25,034 bases of DNA from a virus. Taxonomy: Duplodnaviria; Caudoviricetes. The position numbers and the translations under genes are program-made. A model generated the notes under the pieces. The model saw nothing but the letters and a program-made list of their open reading frames with translations, was not told the DNA's origin and did no database searches. Of the stretch, positions 8,638 through 17,908 are shown one piece after another; position 1 is the stretch's first letter; every line of letters begins with the position of its first letter. The stretch is from IMG/VR virus record IMGVR_UViG_3300045136_000588, positions 1 to 25,034 of that record; one strand, written 5' to 3'.

Positions 8638-9568
8638 AGTCGGTGCACTCTCGTTTTTGGGTCTTGCCAAGGAGACGACCTGGAATACTCCGGTCGCAGC
8701 CAGTGCGTTTTTCCCCTTCTCCAGCGAGAGCCTGAAAGTCTCGATTGAGCCCATCGCAGAGGCTCAGATTCGCGGGATTCTCGACCAGAGCCCCCGCTAT
8801 AAGGGGCTGATTACCATTGGCGGAAGCTTCAGCGGCCCGGTGTACCCCAGCCTAATCGGCCATCTCCTACGCGCTGCGCTAGGAGCCCCCACCACCACCG
8901 GCACCGGCCCCTACACCCACACGTTTACCCCTGCGCAAGGTCGTTTTTCTACTGATGCTGCGCTGCCACCGTACTCGATTACTGTTGGTCGTGATGGGGT
9001 CATCCAGCGCTATTCCGGCTGCGTGTGCCAGTCGCTCACGCTCTCGTTCGCGAAAGGTGGGATGCTGACCTTCGAAGCTCAATGGATTGGGGCCAACTAC
9101 GACAGCCCCAGCGCGCCGACCGTGACGCTCCCAACTGATACGCCATTTACGCTGGACGCGGTGGTGCAGCGCAACTCCGCAGCGTTCGCCTCGCTGCAGG
9201 ATATCTCCATCGCCATCAGCAACAACATCGAGGGCGTGCGTACTATCAACAATAACGGCGGAATCATCACTCGAGTAGCTTGGAACGGCGTGCGTACCAT
9301 CGAGGTCAGTGGCTCAGCCGATTTCGACAATAGCACGCTGTACAACGATTTTCTCGCGTTCGGCAACACCCCTTGGTCGTTCGAGTGGTCGCAGGGCGCG
9401 AGCCCCAAGCTAACACTCACTTTCCCCGCGATGAAGAACCTTGACGGCAGCCCCAACGTGGGCGGCGAGGGGCGTATTACGCTGCCGTTCAGCCTCTCGG
9501 CGGAGTACGATACCGCTACCAGCCGCGCTATGCAGGCCGTCCTCGTCAACAGCACCGCCAGCTACTAG
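8630..9568 (+). CDS. Tail tube (major tail) protein
   Basis: GLAKETTWNTP, GTGPYTHTFTP, YSGCVCQSLTLS and GEGRITLPFSLSAEYD patterns; no sheath gene present. Confidence 0.85.
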   Translation: MSRVGALSFLGLAKETTWNTPVAASAFFPFSSESLKVSIEPIAEAQIRGILDQSPRYKGLITIGGSFSGPVYPSLIGHLLRAALGAPTTTGTGPYTHTFTPAQGRFSTDAALPPYSITVGRDGVIQRYSGCVCQSLTLSFAKGGMLTFEAQWIGANYDSPSAPTVTLPTDTPFTLDAVVQRNSAAFASLQDISIAISNNIEGVRTINNNGGIITRVAWNGVRTIEVSGSADFDNSTLYNDFLAFGNTPWSFEWSQGASPKLTLTFPAMKNLDGSPNVGGEGRITLPFSLSAEYDTATSRAMQAVLVNSTASY

Positions 9569-9575
9569 GAGCCCG

Positions 9576-10124
9576 ATGAGTCTAACTCAACGCATCAAAC
9601 AGGAGTCCAGCCGCGAGTACCTGGCCTCCGACGGCACAACCTACATCCTGCAGCGGGTCGATATGCAGGAGCTCTTCATCACCGAGGGGCTCCTGCCAGA
9701 TTTGACCGCAATACTGCTGGAAGACGATAATGAGGGCAAGCCGCTCGAGCCCGAGGAGGCCAAGGAAAAAGCGATGCGCGAGATTTTACGCAATCCAGCG
9801 CTTGCCATGCGCGGTGCGCGCACTGCCAAGATGATGCTCGAGCGCGGCTTGATTGGCGAAAAAACCCCCGACGGCGGCATTCTGATTTATCGCCATGTCG
9901 ATAAACCGGCAATCCTACTAGGCGAAGGCGAGGTGAATGTCGCCCTCATCCCGCCCGAGCTGCAGACCGAGCTCGTCGAGGCCATTATGGCCCTGACCCC
10001 CAAGCCGAAGGTGGGCGGCCCTCGATTTCAAGGAATTTCTGGAGAAGGGCAACCCGCTGCGGGCGGCGCTGATTCGGCTAGCACGAGAAACACGCACGCT
10101 TCCGAGCGTGCTGATTTGGGGTAG
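9576..10124 (+). CDS. Tail assembly chaperone (lambda gpG-like)
   Basis: AGGAG SD and ATG 9576; lies between tube and tape measure. Confidence 0.75.
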   Translation: MSLTQRIKQESSREYLASDGTTYILQRVDMQELFITEGLLPDLTAILLEDDNEGKPLEPEEAKEKAMREILRNPALAMRGARTAKMMLERGLIGEKTPDGGILIYRHVDKPAILLGEGEVNVALIPPELQTELVEAIMALTPKPKVGGPRFQGISGEGQPAAGGADSASTRNTHASERADLG

Positions 10125-10260
10125 CGAAGCCCTCGATGACCGGCAGCCGTGGCATCTGGCGTTTGACATGCAGACATTCCTACCGACCTGGCGCGCTGAG
10201 GACGATGAGGCTAAAAAGCTCCATGACGAACTCAAACGCGCACAGACGAGGCGGCGCTAA
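10027..10260 (+). CDS. Frameshift extension of the chaperone (gpGT-like), +1 frame
   Basis: 78-codon +1 frame (FKEFLEKGNPLRAALIRLARETRTLPSVLIWG...AFD...RRR*) with no own start, ending in a TAATG overlap with the tape measure gene. Confidence 0.7.
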   Translation, partial: FKEFLEKGNPLRAALIRLARETRTLPSVLIWGSEALDDRQPWHLAFDMQTFLPTWRAEDDEAKKLHDELKRAQTRRR

Positions 10261-12848
10261 TGGCTATCGATAATGTCATTAATCTAGTAATCGCGGCCAA
10301 AAACCAGGCCGGGCCTGCGCTCAAGCAGGTGCGCGAGCAGCTGCGCGATACGGAAAAATCAGCGCAGAATGCAGGCACGCAGCTAAACCGCAGGCTCGCG
10401 CTGGGGGCTCAGGTTGCCCGCGCAGGGCTGCTAGGGCTGGCTGGCGCTGGGGCTATCGTCGGAGCCGCGTTGTACCAGGTTTGGGCGGCTGCGGACGAGG
10501 CCGCCTCGAGTATCGCAGGGATGACCGGGCAAGGCATCGAGGATATTCCCAAGCTGCGGGATAGTATTCTGGCGCTTGCAGGCAAAAACGATAACCCATT
10601 TGAGGATATTGTCGCGGCAGTAAAGACCGTTGAGACCGCCTTCCGGATATTCAACCCCAAAGACAAGGACGGCCTGGCACAACTGCTTTTAGACTGGCGC
10701 GACGCGACCGGTCAGAGGATTGATGAAGCGGGTTCAAATTTCCGCAAACTCATTCTGCTGTATTTCGGCCCCAACGCCGATGCAAATAAGGCTTTTCGAG
10801 AGATTGCCGATAAAACCCTATCAGTAGCTAACGCCGTGGGCATCAGCCCTGCATCGTTGGCAGGCGCGGTGGCCGAGCTTGGGGCAACCGGACGCACGTA
10901 TTTCAAAGACTTTGATCAACTGCTGATCTTCCTCTCGTCTATCGGTGCAAGTGGCGGCGATGTAAACGCCGCTGCTGCAGCACTCCGAACTTTTGGCGAA
11001 AAAATCGCTGAGGTGCGCAAAGCCTGGAAAAGCGGAGAAGACCCCGACAAGGCCACCCTCGAGGCCTTCAAAACGCTGGGCCTGAGCCGCGAGACTATCC
11101 AGAACGAGGGCGCTAAAATCGGGGATTTGATTATGTCTTCGCTGAAGAACGCCATGAAGGACGGCAAACTCAGCGAGGAGGAAATCGCCGCGCTGAACTT
11201 CCTATTTGGCAATCGCGTGGGCGAGGACATGGCGCTGGCTGCCAGCGCGGTGGGTCAGTTCTCCGAGGCCGCACAGGAAGCGCTCAAAAACTACAGCGGC
11301 GCATTAGATAGAGCAGCAGCCGTTACTGACGAAAATATCAAATCCAAACTCACTGCGGCCTGGAACGGCTTTTTATCGCAACTGGCGCAATCTAAGCAGG
11401 TCGAAGGCGTGCAGCAAATCCTACTAGGGCTCCTGCAGGCGCTATCGGGCCTGGCCGCGCTGGATTGGGGAAAGCTCTCAGCGGGATTTGCTGATTTCGG
11501 CACCGGGCTATTCAAGCTGATTCTGGGGGCCGACCCCGCTAAAGTTGCCGATGCGCTGGTGGGGTGGTGGGATTCAACGGTTATCCCCAATGTCAAGGCG
11601 TTTTTCTCCAAGCAGGCGATATTCGGGCCTTTTTTAGAGGCAGGGATAGCCATCTGGAATGCGCTCAGGTCGGGAATAAACGCCGCGTTGAACGGTGCTG
11701 CTGGCGTTGTGGCAACGGTGCAAAATCTTTGGGCCGCTACAGTAACCGCCATTCGCGCCACGTGGGAAAAACTCGCAGTAGAAGTGCAAGCTGTTGGAGC
11801 AACCATCTGGGATGCGCTCAAAAACGGCTGGAATGCCGCGATGAGTGGCCCTGCTGGCGCTGCAGCGTTTCTCGTGAACCGCTGGAATGATTTCCGCAAG
11901 GGTTTCAAAGTCTGGTGGGACGGCATCATCGAGGTCGGCAAAAACATCATTGATGGCTTCTGGAAAGGCCTTGAGGAACGCTGGAAAGACGTCAAAGAAC
12001 GCGTTTCCAAAATGGGTTCGGAATTTATCGGGTGGTGGAAGGAAAAGCTAGGAATCAAATCCCCTTCAACTGAGATGGCCGCTATTGGCGTGTTTTTGAT
12101 CCAGGGTCTCACTCAAGGGATTGATAAAGCGCTGCCAGGCGTTCGCGAGCGCGTCCAGGGCATTGTTACCGCGGTTGTGGGCTCGCTGAGCTCGCTGGGT
12201 AGCGCCATCACCGATCTATCCAAAAACCAGTGGACTTCTGGCTGGGCCAATATGGCTAATGTGATGGCTGGAGCCCTCGGGGAAATCTCGCGCTATACCG
12301 ACGAAACCACGGCTGGCGCGCTAAAAGCCTGGGCGGGATACGTAACTGCATTTGGCGCGCTAATGGACAAGCACAAGGGCAATGTGCTCAAAGCCTTTGG
12401 CGAGATGCTTATCGGGATCATAGAACAGGAGCTAATCAAGATTGCCGTGACTGCCGCTGCTCAAATTGCTATAGCAGCAATCAACGCACCCCTAACACTT
12501 GGCGCTACGCTATTGGCCCAGGGGCCTATTTTACTGGCTGCTGCCGCTGGCACTGCTGCCCTGGAAGCGTTGAAATCGCGCGTGCTGAACTCATACGATG
12601 TGGGCACGCCATCAGTGCCAGCCGACCAGCTAGCAATCGTGCACCAGGGCGAGATGATTATTCCTAGGAATTTTGCCGATGCTATCCGCCAGGGCGAGCT
12701 AGTGCTGGGCGCAGGAAATAGCGGCCAGCAGCCGATTATCGTGCAGGTTTATCTTGATGGCCGCATGGTAGCTGAGCAGGTAGGCCGCCGGATGTACGAC
12801 AACCTGCGGCAAATCAGCCGCGCCAGCCTGCCATTGATGGGAGTCTAG
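10260..12848 (+). CDS. Tape measure protein
   Basis: 862 aa, helical and Ala-rich, Trp-periodic repeats, LGIKSPS and YDVGT...AIVHQGEMIIP motifs. Confidence 0.93.
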   Translation: MAIDNVINLVIAAKNQAGPALKQVREQLRDTEKSAQNAGTQLNRRLALGAQVARAGLLGLAGAGAIVGAALYQVWAAADEAASSIAGMTGQGIEDIPKLRDSILALAGKNDNPFEDIVAAVKTVETAFRIFNPKDKDGLAQLLLDWRDATGQRIDEAGSNFRKLILLYFGPNADANKAFREIADKTLSVANAVGISPASLAGAVAELGATGRTYFKDFDQLLIFLSSIGASGGDVNAAAAALRTFGEKIAEVRKAWKSGEDPDKATLEAFKTLGLSRETIQNEGAKIGDLIMSSLKNAMKDGKLSEEEIAALNFLFGNRVGEDMALAASAVGQFSEAAQEALKNYSGALDRAAAVTDENIKSKLTAAWNGFLSQLAQSKQVEGVQQILLGLLQALSGLAALDWGKLSAGFADFGTGLFKLILGADPAKVADALVGWWDSTVIPNVKAFFSKQAIFGPFLEAGIAIWNALRSGINAALNGAAGVVATVQNLWAATVTAIRATWEKLAVEVQAVGATIWDALKNGWNAAMSGPAGAAAFLVNRWNDFRKGFKVWWDGIIEVGKNIIDGFWKGLEERWKDVKERVSKMGSEFIGWWKEKLGIKSPSTEMAAIGVFLIQGLTQGIDKALPGVRERVQGIVTAVVGSLSSLGSAITDLSKNQWTSGWANMANVMAGALGEISRYTDETTAGALKAWAGYVTAFGALMDKHKGNVLKAFGEMLIGIIEQELIKIAVTAAAQIAIAAINAPLTLGATLLAQGPILLAAAAGTAALEALKSRVLNSYDVGTPSVPADQLAIVHQGEMIIPRNFADAIRQGELVLGAGNSGQQPIIVQVYLDGRMVAEQVGRRMYDNLRQISRASLPLMGV

Positions 12849-12850
12849 CC

Positions 12851-14134
12851 GTGGGAATGACGCTCACCATCGCAGGCGTCGACCGCTCGAATCAGGTGCT
12901 CTGGCAGACCCTCGAGCGGGTCGCGGTGCTCACCAGCCAGGTGGATACGTTGCAGTTCACCCTCCGGCTCACCGACGCGCAGCTATCGAGCATCCCCAAG
13001 CCTACGCAGGAAGTGATTCTCGAGATTGCCGGTGTGCGCGAGTTTGGCGGGATAATCGTCAACGCGCCTCGAGCATTCCTGGGCGATTCCCGCACCGGTG
13101 AAATCGAGGTGCAAATCACGGCGCAGGATTACCAAACGCTGCTCAACCGCCGGCTTGCGACCCGCAGCTACCAGAACCAAAACGCAGGCTCAATCGTCAG
13201 CGATTTGGTGGACTTCGTAGGCGGGTTCAACTTCGCCAACGTGCAAAGCGGCCCGGTAGTAGCCGATTGGCGTGTAAATTATCAGCCCGTGGGCGACGCA
13301 ATCGAAGATTTGGCGAGAACGGTAGGCTACGAGTGGTGGATTGACTACTACAAAAACGTCTATTTTAGGCAGCCCGCCAACCCCAACGCGCCCTGGAATC
13401 TGACCGAGGACAGCAGCCCGCCATACGTTGCCAGCGCACCCTATGCAAACCTGACCTACATCGACGATGTGTCGCAGATACGCAACCTGGTATACGTGAA
13501 AGGTGCCACAGTGCAAAGCAACCTCGTGCAGCAGCGTGTAACTGGCGATGGCATCACGCGTGTTTTCGGCCTCACGCTGGGCCAGAGAATCGTGAAAGGG
13601 TCGCTCACGATGAGCATCAACAACGTGGCCCAGACCGTTGGCGAGAAGAACCAGATTGACCCCGGCCTTGTGTCGTGGTTGGTAGATTACGAAAACCGCG
13701 TTGTCGAAGCCACATCCGGCACACCTACCCCCGCCAACGGCGCGAGTATCGTATTTCAGTATCGCTATGAATCGACCATCCTTATCAACGCACGAGATAA
13801 CGAGAGCATCAACGCGTATGGCACCTGGGAACATATCGTGGTGAACGAGGACATCAAAGACCGAAATGTCGCGATCCAGGTCGCAAAAGCTGCGCTGAGT
13901 GACCAGGCCTGGCCCGAGATAGGGTTGACCTACACCACTACACGCCCGGGGTTAGCCGTGGGCCAGGTGCAGACCGTGAATATCCCGCGGCTCGGCATCA
14001 GTGGCGACTTCCTAATCAGAGAGGTGCGTTTGCGGACTCCGAGCTATTTGAGCGGAAACACCGGCTTTCAATCCAACGATTACTATCGCGTCTGGACTAT
14101 CAGCGCGCAGCGGCTAGGGAAGGTGACGTACTGA
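12851..14134 (+). CDS. Tail tip/hub structural protein
   Basis: Follows tape measure; GYEWWIDYYKNVYF and RDNESINAYGTWE patterns. Confidence 0.75.
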   Translation: MGMTLTIAGVDRSNQVLWQTLERVAVLTSQVDTLQFTLRLTDAQLSSIPKPTQEVILEIAGVREFGGIIVNAPRAFLGDSRTGEIEVQITAQDYQTLLNRRLATRSYQNQNAGSIVSDLVDFVGGFNFANVQSGPVVADWRVNYQPVGDAIEDLARTVGYEWWIDYYKNVYFRQPANPNAPWNLTEDSSPPYVASAPYANLTYIDDVSQIRNLVYVKGATVQSNLVQQRVTGDGITRVFGLTLGQRIVKGSLTMSINNVAQTVGEKNQIDPGLVSWLVDYENRVVEATSGTPTPANGASIVFQYRYESTILINARDNESINAYGTWEHIVVNEDIKDRNVAIQVAKAALSDQAWPEIGLTYTTTRPGLAVGQVQTVNIPRLGISGDFLIREVRLRTPSYLSGNTGFQSNDYYRVWTISAQRLGKVTY

Positions 14135-14556
14135 TGAATCTAAAATTGCAAGGACACGTGCGAATCACGCAGCACAGCAGCGCTGGGGATGTCGTTGTGG
14201 TGGACGAGCCCAATGCGATTATTCCTGCTGGACGGGATTATCTGGCGAGCCTGTTTCTGAATGACGGGATAAACCGCTCATATTCACCGGGCCTGACGCA
14301 AATCGGGCTGTGGGCGGGCGGCGTAGAGCGCTACAAGGCCGATTTGACCGACCGCTACATTGCAGTGGGTTCAAACGTGGTGGCTGTGCTGTATGTTCCC
14401 ACCACGCAGCCCAGCGGGCAGCCGTATACGTTCGACGAAGTCCGCCTGTACGCCAACGCCAGCGGATCGGTTTATGTCGCCCAGAAAACCGGGCTCGCCG
14501 TGGCCAAGAACAACACCCTGGCGCTCACGGTGGAATGGACGCTAACGCTCAGCTAG
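14134..14556 (+). CDS. Tail structural protein
   Basis: TGATG coupling; NAIIPAGRDYLA...KNNTLALTVEWTLT. Confidence 0.7.
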   Translation: MNLKLQGHVRITQHSSAGDVVVVDEPNAIIPAGRDYLASLFLNDGINRSYSPGLTQIGLWAGGVERYKADLTDRYIAVGSNVVAVLYVPTTQPSGQPYTFDEVRLYANASGSVYVAQKTGLAVAKNNTLALTVEWTLTLS

Positions 14557-14564
14557 GAGGAATC

Positions 14565-14756
14565 ATGGCAAAGGAACTTGAAAAGGTGATTGCGATTCTG
14601 CTACGACCCGAGATAAAGAGCGTCGGTGGCGAGATTCCCGAACGCTTCGAGGCCACCGCTGATACAATGGCGCTAACCGACACGTCTACAGAAACATCTG
14701 CGCCACCCGAACGGCGCGTGGGTTACGCTCGCGTTGGCTATACTGACGCGGGTTGA
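14565..14756 (+). CDS. Small tail-region protein (63 aa)
   Basis: AGGAGG SD and ATG 14565; ends VGYARVGYTDAG. Confidence 0.7.
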   Translation: MAKELEKVIAILLRPEIKSVGGEIPERFEATADTMALTDTSTETSAPPERRVGYARVGYTDAG

Positions 14757-14808
14757 CACTCCCACCCCTAAAGGCGGTGGGTTTTGAAAACCCCCACGCC
14801 CCCTTTCT
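14753..14808 (-). mobile_element. 56-bp single-hairpin IS200/IS605 mini-element (PATE-like)
   Basis: TTGACACT, hairpin CCCACC-CC-TAAA-GG-C-GGTGGG, then CCCCCACGCCCCCTTTCT which resembles the left end of element B (19489-19510); removal gives GGA TAA GGAGG. Confidence 0.75.
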
Positions 14809-14821
14809 ATAAGGAGGAAAC

Positions 14822-15547
14822 ATGCCAGCAAACCAATTTTTTACCGACTGGGTGACGGGAGATACCATCACGGCGGCGAAGTTGAACACGATGAAAAATA
14901 GTGTGCAGCCATATTTTGGCAACTACACCCCAGTAAACAAAGCCGGGGACACCATGACCGGGGCGCTATCTTTGCCTCAGGCAAATACCACTGCGGGAAC
15001 CTCCGGAGCAGGGACTCGCCATATAGAACTGCGAACTGCAGGCCTGCGCTGGGGCCTTGGCCTAGGGGGGAATGAGAGCGGCAGTAACGCGGGCGCAAAC
15101 TTTCTTTTATGGAGATATGATGATGCGGGCAACTTTCTAGGTGAGGTTTTCAAGGCAGAGCGTGATAGCGGGCGGGTTATAGTCAACGAAATTTCTGGCC
15201 GCTACGACCACCAGAACAGGTTTGTGGTGAGCGCATTTGCAGGGCAGGATATTTCAATTCCTGCTAATAGTGCCATTTTTCTTGTTAGTTTGTTTATCAA
15301 TATTCCATCGGGAAAATCTTTATACATTCGTCGAGTGCGTTCGTATATAGGTGCGACTCTGAGATTTCGTATAAGTACCTCCAACACTTGGACTGCATCA
15401 GATCCAGTATTTGAAAGTGACGTAAACACGCTTATAGTTTCGGGTTCTTTTGCTGGTGCCGTCACATTCGGATTTACTAATTTAGCGGCTTCACCAGAAA
15501 CACTTAACCGGGGTTTTGGAGCTTGGGCTGAGATGGAAATCAGATAG
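14822..15547 (+). CDS. Tail fibre/receptor-binding protein
   Basis: WVTGDTITAAKLN, YTPVNKAGDTMTG and FLLWRYDDAGNFLG fibre motifs; AT-richer C-terminus. Confidence 0.8.
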   Translation: MPANQFFTDWVTGDTITAAKLNTMKNSVQPYFGNYTPVNKAGDTMTGALSLPQANTTAGTSGAGTRHIELRTAGLRWGLGLGGNESGSNAGANFLLWRYDDAGNFLGEVFKAERDSGRVIVNEISGRYDHQNRFVVSAFAGQDISIPANSAIFLVSLFINIPSGKSLYIRRVRSYIGATLRFRISTSNTWTASDPVFESDVNTLIVSGSFAGAVTFGFTNLAASPETLNRGFGAWAEMEIR

Positions 15548-15556
15548 GAGGTTACT

Positions 15557-16033
15557 ATGAACAGCGTAATATTCAAACTGCTACCCTACTCCGAATCAGG
15601 CATCGTCAGCCAAAACGATGGTGACACGCTCGTAATTAGCGGCTTCCACAACGATATAAATCTCGAGGCGCTACAAGCCAAACTCGAGGTTGAATGGCTC
15701 GAGCTTGCCAAGGAAGAGGCGGCCATTCAAATCAAAAACGCCCTAACTGCTGCCCAGGAATCCCGTCGCCCAGCAAATTTCTCTGATCTGACTGTCAAAC
15801 TACAGCTCGGCAGAATCACCCCTGCCGAGCGTGAGCAGTTGACTGCCTACTACGACGCGCTGGACGCGCTAGAGCGGGAGGCAAAGGCGCTGCAGACGGC
15901 AATAGCGCAGGTTGAAAGCGTAGGGGCGCTAAATGATATTGCCTGGCCCGAGTGGGTAGGGTGGGAGCCCTTGCCGCTCCGATTCGAGCTTCTGGCAGAG
16001 CCCGAGCCAGCAGAGCCCGAGGACGAACCATGA
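15557..16033 (+). CDS. Probable tail fibre assembly protein
   Basis: Follows the fibre; LQTAIAQVESVGALNDIAWP ending. Confidence 0.6.
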   Translation: MNSVIFKLLPYSESGIVSQNDGDTLVISGFHNDINLEALQAKLEVEWLELAKEEAAIQIKNALTAAQESRRPANFSDLTVKLQLGRITPAEREQLTAYYDALDALEREAKALQTAIAQVESVGALNDIAWPEWVGWEPLPLRFELLAEPEPAEPEDEP

Positions 16034-16671
16034 GGATTGTTCACCCCTTCCCTCAGCCAGAGAAAGCCCGACTGGACGCGGCTTTTCTCGACCCCCGCTA
16101 CCCCGAGTGGCGCAGAAAGGCCGGGCTCACGCCCGCTGAACACCCCGGCGTGGACTACAACCTAAGCGGCACCAGCGGGGACGGCGACCTGGGCTACCCC
16201 GTGGTGGCGATAGCCGATGGAATCGTGCTTCATGCCAAATGGCATCGCGTGTGGGGCAACATCGTGCTCGTCTGGCACGCTGCGCTAGGCGTATCCAGCC
16301 AGTACGCGCACCTGCATCAGGTGTGTGTGGCCGAGGGGCAATCTATCTGGGCCGGTGAGCCGGTGGGCAGCATCGGGAAGGGCGACCCTCGAAACCCCTT
16401 CCTAGCCCATTTGCATTTTGAGATACGCAAGCGCGCGCGCCCTGCCGACCACTGGCCGGGCATGAATCGAGCCGAAATCCTCGAGTCCTACCTCGACCCC
16501 GAGAAGTGGTTGCGCGAGAACATGTCTCCCACGCGGCGTTTCACGCGGTCTAGGCTGGTTCTGTGGCTCCCCAGCGGCAGACACATAGCGGATGGGGACA
16601 CTATAGTGAATCTCGAGAGCGACGCGATGGCGCAGGTGCGTGTGAATCGGGAGTTGAAGAAGGAGGGCTGA
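16030..16671 (+). CDS. Endolysin, M23 family peptidase
   Basis: HPGVD, PVVAIADG, YAHL and AHLHFEIR motifs; ATGA-coupled start at 16030. Confidence 0.9.
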   Translation: MRIVHPFPQPEKARLDAAFLDPRYPEWRRKAGLTPAEHPGVDYNLSGTSGDGDLGYPVVAIADGIVLHAKWHRVWGNIVLVWHAALGVSSQYAHLHQVCVAEGQSIWAGEPVGSIGKGDPRNPFLAHLHFEIRKRARPADHWPGMNRAEILESYLDPEKWLRENMSPTRRFTRSRLVLWLPSGRHIADGDTIVNLESDAMAQVRVNRELKKEG

Positions 16672-17111
16672 TGCTCATAGACCTGACTAAACTCATCATT
16701 TTGCTCGTTGGGATGTGGGCCAACGGCGCGGCAGACGATTGGGATGTAGCCGCCCAGGTGCGCTTTTCTATCGCATTCCCTGGCCCTACGGCTGCGTTAG
16801 AACTGGCCCTCGACCCTGTGCCTATCTACTATCGCCCGCTTAGCCCCGACCTCTGCGGTATATCTATTGGAATAATCGTTGTAGACCAAAAAGATGGATG
16901 CTCCCCAGACGTGCTCCAGCACGAGATAAACCACGCCTGGCAGCTACGCACCTGGGGCCTAGCATTCCCAATCTCCTACCTGATAGACCCTGACTACTGG
17001 GAAGCCAAGCCCCAGTGGAATGGCACCGTGGGGCAACCTGCCCCACGCTCGCTGAACTGGCCGCTATTCCGGTTCTGGCTACCGCTAGAACCGGGCGGAG
17101 AAAAGAGGTAA
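16671..17111 (+). CDS. Exported or membrane-anchored protein with HEXXH motif
   Basis: N-terminal hydrophobic segment; VLQHEINHAWQ...YWE. Confidence 0.65.
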   Translation: MLIDLTKLIILLVGMWANGAADDWDVAAQVRFSIAFPGPTAALELALDPVPIYYRPLSPDLCGISIGIIVVDQKDGCSPDVLQHEINHAWQLRTWGLAFPISYLIDPDYWEAKPQWNGTVGQPAPRSLNWPLFRFWLPLEPGGEKR

Positions 17112-17113
17112 AA

Positions 17114-17344
17114 ATGAAACCGTTCTGGCAATCGAAAACTTTTTGGGCCGTGCTCATCGCCGGTATTATCGGCCTCTGGAACTCTCTGGCACCGTACACC
17201 GGGCTGCCCCCAGTGCCGGAGTGGATCATCACTGCGCTGGCGGCGCTGGGGCTCTATGGCCGTGCTACGGCCGCAGGGCCGCTCTCGTGGAGGGGCTCTG
17301 ATGCGGGCTCTGATGCCGATTCTGATCGCGCTCGTCTGCGGTAG
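17114..17344 (+). CDS. Holin-like protein
   Basis: MKPFWQSKTFW N-terminus, two hydrophobic helices, GLYGR. Confidence 0.7.
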   Translation: MKPFWQSKTFWAVLIAGIIGLWNSLAPYTGLPPVPEWIITALAALGLYGRATAAGPLSWRGSDAGSDADSDRARLR

Positions 17345-17603
17345 CGCCCTGGCAGGTGGTCGTGCGGCGTGTCGTGTCGTGTACACCCCCCCGCTGTGGG
17401 GGGTGTGCTATGCCGAGCAGATCGTCTGGGCTCAAGGCCCGCTGGAAGTTGCTTTGGGTGTGGAATGGCGCACGTGGCCGGCGGCTCAGATAGGCATATA
17501 TAGCATCGTAGGCCTATACATGCCGGGCTGGTGGGCCACAGTGGAAGCTGGGCGTGGCCTGGATGCCTGGCGCTGGGCTATCGGAGTGGGGATACGCTGG
17601 TGA
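17301..17603 (+). CDS. Secreted beta-strand-rich small protein
   Basis: GGAGG SD; signal peptide ending ALA; amphipathic strands; terminal Trp. Confidence 0.65.
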   Translation: MRALMPILIALVCGSALAGGRAACRVVYTPPLWGVCYAEQIVWAQGPLEVALGVEWRTWPAAQIGIYSIVGLYMPGWWATVEAGRGLDAWRWAIGVGIRW

Positions 17604-17641
17604 GCCGATTTGCATGCATCAACTCAGAGAGGTAAGCGCGG

Positions 17642-17908
17642 GTGGATCCAGAAATGCAACGCATATACGACCGCCTAGAGCGCCTAGAACGGGGCAACGA
17701 GCGACACGCCGCTATGCTCGATGAGCACTCCAGGCGGCTGGAGGCTCTCGAAGGCTTGCCCTCCGCGTTGGCCGCGATCAACCAAGCCATTGGGCGACTC
17801 GAGGCCAAAATCGAGGCGCAGCGCCAGTTCTCAGGGCTGATCCAGGCGGTGGTGTGGCTGCTGTTGGGGGGCGTGTTGGCGGCGGGGTTTGAGCTATTAA
17901 AGAGGTAA
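17642..17908 (+). CDS. Coiled-coil protein with C-terminal transmembrane helix (XhlA/holin-like)
   Basis: GAGGT SD and GTG start; RLERLE..RLEALE heptads followed by a TM segment. Confidence 0.7.
   Translation: MDPEMQRIYDRLERLERGNERHAAMLDEHSRRLEALEGLPSALAAINQAIGRLEAKIEAQRQFSGLIQAVVWLLLGGVLAAGFELLKR

Noticed and set aside
14822-15547. Diversity-generating retroelement or invertible fibre cassette
   Set aside because: No reverse transcriptase, template repeat or invertase visible
1-17900. Seemingly frequent CTCGAG and CTAG words
   Set aside because: Cannot be quantified by eye; Leu-Glu codon pairs explain many occurrences
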